DNA from: Candidatus Komeilibacteria bacterium
GTDB lineage: Bacteria > Patescibacteriota > Patescibacteriia > UBA1558
Reading direction: 5' to 3'
NCBI GenBank assembly: GCA_048538235.1
Contig: JBLYPX010000001.1
Coordinates: 456,013 to 520,012, forward strand
DNA: 64,000 bases
In this document: positions 59,645 to 64,000 of the stretch, in pieces
Layout of the letters: every line of letters begins with the position of its first letter
Numbering within the stretch: position 1 is the first letter of the stretch
Notes under the pieces: model-generated
Database searches by the model: none
Seen by the model: only the letters and a program-made list of their open reading frames with translations
Told to the model about the DNA's origin: nothing
Program-made: the position numbers and the translations under genes

Positions 59645-60409
59645 TTATTCCAAGTACAACTCAATTTCAGCAATATCCTTTAATTCATCAATAATTGCCC
59701 CAACCTGAGTATCTAGCTTCTGTTGTTTAACCTGATCTGCAAGTTGAGTAGTAACTTCTTCCATAACTGGAATATTAGACCCCTGAGCTACATATTGATC
59801 ATATAGAGCCTGAATCTCTTCATCACTAGCTGTAACATTTTCATCAACCATTGTAGCTAAATAATTCTGAATAGTCATTTCAATATTAATCCTATCTCTA
59901 AATAACTCTTCAGTTAAATTATTTTCACTTAATGCAGTCTGAAATGCTTCTGGACTTTCAAATTGACTAACTGTTCTATCATACTCACTTTGAACTTCTT
60001 CAGCTGCTACTTCAATGCCAGCTTCAGCTGCTGCTTGTAATAATAGTCTTTGGTTAACTAAGGTCTCTAAAGCTTGCTGCTTAGCAGCTGCTAATTGTTC
60101 AGGATTGTTAACATCTAATCCTTGAGATTGAAAACCAGGTATTTGTTGTGCATAGAAAGCATCAAAATCTGTTTGCGTAATACTCTCATTATTTACAGAT
60201 GCTACTGAAACTTCATTAGAACCAAACATGTTCCAAGAAACTACAGCTATTCCTATTACGACAATAATTAATAATACTATCAAACCAATAAATATTGGTT
60301 TAGCTTTAGATTTCTTCTTTTTACCTAAAACTTCATCTATTGAATCATTAATTACCTCTATTTCATCAACCTTTGATTCTTTTTTACCATCATTGTCCAT
60401 ATTTTTCAC
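59645..60409 (-). CDS. SurA/PrsA N-terminal chaperone-domain protein, membrane anchored, no PPIase domain
   Basis: TM; VASVN.E.IT...LV.Q.LL.Q.A...GI.V..EEV. Confidence 0.85.
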   Translation of the reverse strand: MKNMDNDGKKESKVDEIEVINDSIDEVLGKKKKSKAKPIFIGLIVLLIIVVIGIAVVSWNMFGSNEVSVASVNNESITQTDFDAFYAQQIPGFQSQGLDVNNPEQLAAAKQQALETLVNQRLLLQAAAEAGIEVAAEEVQSEYDRTVSQFESPEAFQTALSENNLTEELFRDRINIEMTIQNYLATMVDENVTASDEEIQALYDQYVAQGSNIPVMEEVTTQLADQVKQQKLDTQVGAIIDELKDIAEIELYLE

Positions 60410-60557
60410 TTTTACTACTTAATTGTTATATTTTAGCACTAGAATGGAAAATTGTCATATATTTTACATGTTAATAAAAAACCACCTATTATAAAATAGA
60501 TGATCTTTTGGCTCCAAGTCGTGGATAATGTTAGAACTAAAATTGAACAAATTTAAA

Positions 60558-61622
60558 CTATTTCTTATGTTTAGATAAGTTATAAATTTCTTGTTTCAAT
60601 TTATAGCCCTTACAATGCGTAAGTATCCCTAAATATGATTGCTGAGAACGAAAATAAGCTTTCTTTGTTATTTTATTATCTCTCAACTGACAACTTTGCT
60701 GTTTTAGTTTATTAAACATTCGTTTCTTTGTTTTAGTACGAATAACCCTATGATTAGGCAGGACAACATAACCAAGCCAGTCAAATCCCTGAATAAATTT
60801 CCTGATAATTATTTTATTTGGGTGTAAAGATAAAGATAGTCTACTATCTAAAAATTGTTGAATAGGTGTAATTAAATCAACTAATTCTTTTTTATCTCGG
60901 CTTAAAATGATAAAATCATCACTATATCGCATATAGTACTTTTGTTTCAACTTGTGTTTTACAAACTGATCAAGTTCATTCATATAAATATTAGCAAATA
61001 ATTGACTTGTCACATTCCCGAGCGGCAACCCTGTCTCATAACTTCTTATAACTATATTAGTTAGCGATAAAACATTTTTATCTTTAATCTTTTTAGCTAT
61101 TAACCCATATAATATATCCTGATTTATAGAATCAAAGAATTTCTTTATATCACATTTGAGAGCAAATATATTTTTAGTATTATTAACACTTAATTTCCTA
61201 CTAAAACTTCTTAATCTATTAACTGAGCAATGACAACCTTTATCAATACGGCAAGAATAGGAATCAAAGATAAAACCTTTATCAAAAATTGGGTAGAGCA
61301 CCCTAAACACCGCATGATGTAAAACACGGTCACGGATATTAGCTTTATGAATATGCCTTAATTTTGGATCTTGAACATAAAAAGAAGTATAATGACTATG
61401 CTCATACTTCTTGCTCTGTAAATCTGAATGTAATTGCCATAAATTATCTTCAAGGCTAAATTCAAAAGCTTGCACATCTTTTTTACTACTTTTACCGAGC
61501 TTAAATTCCTGCCACGCTAAAACAAGATTATCTAAACTAATAATTTCATTGAAAAGACTATGACAAGCCCTAATATTTCTACCCCCCCCCGACAAAGTAA
61601 AGTCGAAATTCCCTTGTTGCAT
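60558..61622 (-). CDS. DGR reverse transcriptase
   Basis: DPKLRHI, RDRVLHHA, DIKKFFDSI, GLPLGNVTSQLFAN (DGR-type SQ), RYSDD, FDWLGY; 354 aa, no maturase or endonuclease domain. Confidence 0.96.
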   Translation of the reverse strand: MQQGNFDFTLSGGGRNIRACHSLFNEIISLDNLVLAWQEFKLGKSSKKDVQAFEFSLEDNLWQLHSDLQSKKYEHSHYTSFYVQDPKLRHIHKANIRDRVLHHAVFRVLYPIFDKGFIFDSYSCRIDKGCHCSVNRLRSFSRKLSVNNTKNIFALKCDIKKFFDSINQDILYGLIAKKIKDKNVLSLTNIVIRSYETGLPLGNVTSQLFANIYMNELDQFVKHKLKQKYYMRYSDDFIILSRDKKELVDLITPIQQFLDSRLSLSLHPNKIIIRKFIQGFDWLGYVVLPNHRVIRTKTKKRMFNKLKQQSCQLRDNKITKKAYFRSQQSYLGILTHCKGYKLKQEIYNLSKHKK

Positions 61623-61937
61623 ATAATAAATGAATTTTTTAAGAAAATATACTCACTATCCAAACAAATACCTAAAGCAGATAGATTTGGAATTTGGTCT
61701 AAAATACAAAATATTTGTCTTGAAAGTATTGAACTAATAATTACAGCTTCATTGGAAGTAAAGAATAACAAGCTTCAGATACTAGAATCTACACGAATTA
61801 AAGTTGAAGTTTTGAAAGGACTTATCAGACTAAGCAATCAATTACATATCATTAAGAACAAAAAATACATTGAACTTACTTCTGATTTGCAAGAAATATC
61901 TAAGATGACTAATGGCTGGATAAAATATCTAAGCTAA
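61560..61937 (+). CDS. avd: Accessory variability determinant Avd (four-helix bundle), antisense to RT and TR
   Basis: IPK.DRF.I..KI....LE.IE.I..A...K...L......E.LK.LIRL...L.II..K.Y......L.EI.KM..GW. Confidence 0.9.
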   Translation: MTSPNISTPPRQSKVEIPLLHIINEFFKKIYSLSKQIPKADRFGIWSKIQNICLESIELIITASLEVKNNKLQILESTRIKVEVLKGLIRLSNQLHIIKNKKYIELTSDLQEISKMTNGWIKYLS

Positions 61938-61951
61938 ACATATCTTTACAA

Positions 61952-61977
61952 AGAAATCCCGTAATAACGGGATTTCT
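61952..61977. terminator. Hairpin between the avd stop and the TR 3' end
   Basis: agaaatcccgt-aata-acgggatttct (11 bp). Confidence 0.7.
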
Positions 61978-61993
61978 ATTTATGAAACTTCTA

Positions 61994-62102
61994 ACACGAG
62001 CACGCAAATTGTCATTCACATTGTCAGGATTGTACCAATTCACCTGCAACTTGTCATCGTTCCAGTTGACATTAGGCACATTACCGTCAGAGTTACGCGA
62101 CC
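61994..62102 (-). repeat. DGR template repeat (TR)
   Basis: 109-bp gap-free match to 62405-62513; AAY-rich; 29 adenines on the minus strand. Confidence 0.97.
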
Positions 62103-62332
62103 TCATTTGTTTACCCAAATTCATCTATTACACCAGTAATCTTATACAAAATTACCTGCGTTAACCAATTCAATGTTGGAATTATTTACAAAGCATTGTT
62201 TATATAAAACAAATCATCTCTAAACCTGAGCAAGCAGTTTCTTAAAAATTGGCAAATCGTTATCTAGTTTATAAAGTTAGACCGATTGTATTAGCCTAAG
62301 TATATTATACAGGTTTTTACCATATAAATAAA

Positions 62333-62364
62333 TTCCCCTTACTTTCTTATGAAAGTAAGGGGAA
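62333..62364. promoter_or_regulatory. DGR target-recognition hairpin/cruciform downstream of VR
   Basis: Perfect 14-bp arms ttccccttactttc-ttat-gaaagtaaggggaa, 24 nt past the target stop codon. Confidence 0.8.
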
Positions 62365-62388
62365 GGGTTAAAGTTAAAAGGAACAAGG

Positions 62389-63066
62389 TTAAGCAGAAAC
62401 TGCTACACGAGCACGCAAATCGTCATTCACAAAGCCAGGATCGTACCAATGCACCTGCAACTTGTCATCGTGCCAGTAGACATAAGGCACAGCACCGCCA
62501 GAGCGACGCGACCCGGCACAAAGTGTTACATTTGAAATATCCAAATGCTCGCCAGTTTCATCAAAGTATTTCAGCTCAAGAATAAGTCTTTCCATTAAGG
62601 TAATGGAGTTAATATCCTTGGCTTTAAGATCGTTGGCTGAAAGGCTTTTCATTTCCTCGTCTGCTTCTACTCGTTCACGGAAACGAACGGCATAAGATTT
62701 GTCTGAAGTACGAACATCATCTTTAATGTCCTTATCAAGTTTCTCAGTGTAAAACCAAGTCTTGAATTTCTTTTTAAGAACTTTGACAATGTCTGCATAG
62801 GTAAGACCTTGAGGGATGAAGACTACTCTGGTGAAATCATCCAATTTCTCTGGGATTGCGACGCCTGAGAAATCTACAGTAATACGAAAATATTTTCTGT
62901 AGAATTCTTGCCATTCTTCACGGATATTGGTAATGGCGAAGGGATTGCGATGTTCAAGAAATGCTTGAAAATGTCCTAAAGTTAATGAACCATCTCCAAT
63001 TTGACGATGTACATCTGATAATACGCCAGACCAATCCGACATATTGCCAACTACTGATTTACTCAT
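62389..63066 (-). CDS. DGR target protein (probable C-terminal CLec-type variable domain, no signal peptide)
   Basis: VR encodes the C-terminus ...GSRRSGGAVPYVYWHDDKLQVHWYDPGFVNDDLRARVAVSA; SD aaggag before ATG 63066. Confidence 0.92.
   Translation of the reverse strand: MSKSVVGNMSDWSGVLSDVHRQIGDGSLTLGHFQAFLEHRNPFAITNIREEWQEFYRKYFRITVDFSGVAIPEKLDDFTRVVFIPQGLTYADIVKVLKKKFKTWFYTEKLDKDIKDDVRTSDKSYAVRFRERVEADEEMKSLSANDLKAKDINSITLMERLILELKYFDETGEHLDISNVTLCAGSRRSGGAVPYVYWHDDKLQVHWYDPGFVNDDLRARVAVSA
62405..62513 (-). repeat. DGR variable repeat (VR)
   Basis: 14 mismatches to TR, all opposite TR adenines. Confidence 0.97.
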
Positions 63067-63125
63067 AGCTAGCTCCTTTTTTTTGTTGTTAATTGACAAA
63101 GAACCATTCTTTATCTTAATAGAAC

Positions 63126-63154
63126 ATTATACATTATATTAAATATTCTGTCAA
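63126..63154 (-). promoter_or_regulatory. Consensus sigma70 promoter of the DGR target gene
   Basis: TTGACA (63154-63149), 17 nt, TATAAT (63131-63126). Confidence 0.8.
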
Positions 63155-63324
63155 GCTCATATGCTAAAAAATAGCTAAAGTTAGCTATTTTAAAAGTCTG
63201 GCTCGCATACAGGGACAGCTTCCGAACTTTTTTGTTAAACTATCAGAGGTTAATATTCGAACCATAACCGAATTACTCGAAACACGCCTATTCTTCGTTT
63301 TGCTAAAAGTAGATATAATTTACA

Positions 63325-64000
63325 TTAATTTTCAGTAAATTTCCTATACCCATCTTCAGTCCAACAACCATTTATTTCAAAACCCTCAAGTACATTACTT
63401 GGAATACGTTCTGTTTCTACTATTTGACAATATGGCTCTTCCTGACTCGTATATAAAAGTCGTAAACCACTATCCTCTTTTTTAACGACTCCTGCTGAAC
63501 CAGTACGACGATAGCTAATAGCGACTTTATAAAAATCACCAATTTGTTTCATGATTTGCACAATTGTTTCTTTGTTTTGCAGTTCAAGTGCTTCTAAAAA
63601 CGGTCTTTGTTGAACCTGACTTCCAGCTAAATCATTGCCACAGGTTATCTCGACTGTATTGCACATATATATATTATCAGTACAACCATAAGAGCCATAA
63701 TCAGGATTGACCTTAACCACGCACAACTCATCATCATTTTTATATGCTCGAACATAATCATAAAACCTCTTATCTATTTCATTTGTAGATGAATTACTCT
63801 CATTTAAAACAAATCCCCTAGTATATAACACTTGTTTAGTAATATCCAACAACTCAGCGACAAAACTACTTTCAGCAAAATTATCAGACCTCATACCATC
63901 ATCCCTGACAACTTCAATTGATTCGTTTCCAGGGACTAAAATACTGTAGCCATCCTCATCATTCCACCAAAGAGATGAATCCTTCGGAAAACTGATATTT
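63325..64000 (-). CDS. Hypothetical Cys-containing protein, 5' end beyond the window
   Basis: Frame stays open upstream of the track start 63894 (NISFPKDSSLWWNDEDG...) to the window end. Confidence 0.7.
   Translation of the reverse strand, partial: NISFPKDSSLWWNDEDGYSILVPGNESIEVVRDDGMRSDNFAESSFVAELLDITKQVLYTRGFVLNESNSSTNEIDKRFYDYVRAYKNDDELCVVKVNPDYGSYGCTDNIYMCNTVEITCGNDLAGSQVQQRPFLEALELQNKETIVQIMKQIGDFYKVAISYRRTGSAGVVKKEDSGLRLLYTSQEEPYCQIVETERIPSNVLEGFEINGCWTEDGYRKFTEN

Larger units (their letters stand above)
60509..63198 (-). mobile_element. Diversity-generating retroelement cassette
   Basis: Target gene with VR, 14-bp hairpin, TR, avd and RT within 2.7 kb; boundaries set at the flanking att-like motifs (inference). 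Confidence 0.93.

Noticed and set aside
1-60500. Additional VR-bearing DGR targets, rRNA/tRNA genes, IS transposases or CRISPR arrays
   Set aside because: None recognised by eye and no other ORF ends in a VR-like C-terminus; not an exhaustive search.
60558-61622. RT as a group II intron, retron or Abi-type RT
   Set aside because: The SQ motif, short length, adjacent avd and TR/VR pair identify a DGR.
61909-62124. 71-aa ORF as a second DGR target gene
   Set aside because: It is the Asn-rich translation of TR, as expected for a template repeat; no SD, and it overlaps avd.
495-62585. Many short antisense or overlapping ORFs in the track (for example 495, 15421, 44115, 54513, 54778, 55998, 62349)
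   Set aside because: Shadow frames of well-supported genes with no motifs; only avd is retained as a real antisense gene.

Overview
AT-rich (roughly 30% GC by eye), gene-dense bacterial chromosome segment using genetic code 11. Gene content points to Patescibacteria/CPR (Parcubacteria-like; inference): type IV pilus cluster, PduL-AckA acetate module, PrmC with NLPY motif, DUF5667- and DUF3048-like proteins, and housekeeping genes mostly without Shine-Dalgarno sites. Most of the window is housekeeping (gap, pyrH-tsf-rpsB, rpmE-prfA-prmC, rplY, rodA, dnaE, thrS with T-box, guaB, miaA/miaB, typA, DEAD helicase). The clearest system is a complete diversity-generating retroelement (DGR) at about 60.5-63.2 kb: its 109-bp TR and VR differ at 14 positions, all at TR adenines. 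Its avd is inverted and overlaps the RT head-to-head across a shared C9/G9 tract, and the cassette is bracketed by two tRNA-end-like att-type motifs. The best novelty candidate is a pair of tandem, apparently paralogous structured ncRNAs at 21.0-21.5 kb, each with its own promoter, plus a third structured RNA at 23.35-23.5 kb. Other points of note are an M23 peptidase with a T9SS-type C-terminal domain, a PilM-PilN fusion, a split two-component sensor cluster heading the pilus operon, a Panacea toxin-antitoxin pair, an ABC-F gene with one in-frame TGA, and widespread leaderless-type promoters. All calls come from reading motifs; no database searches were run.
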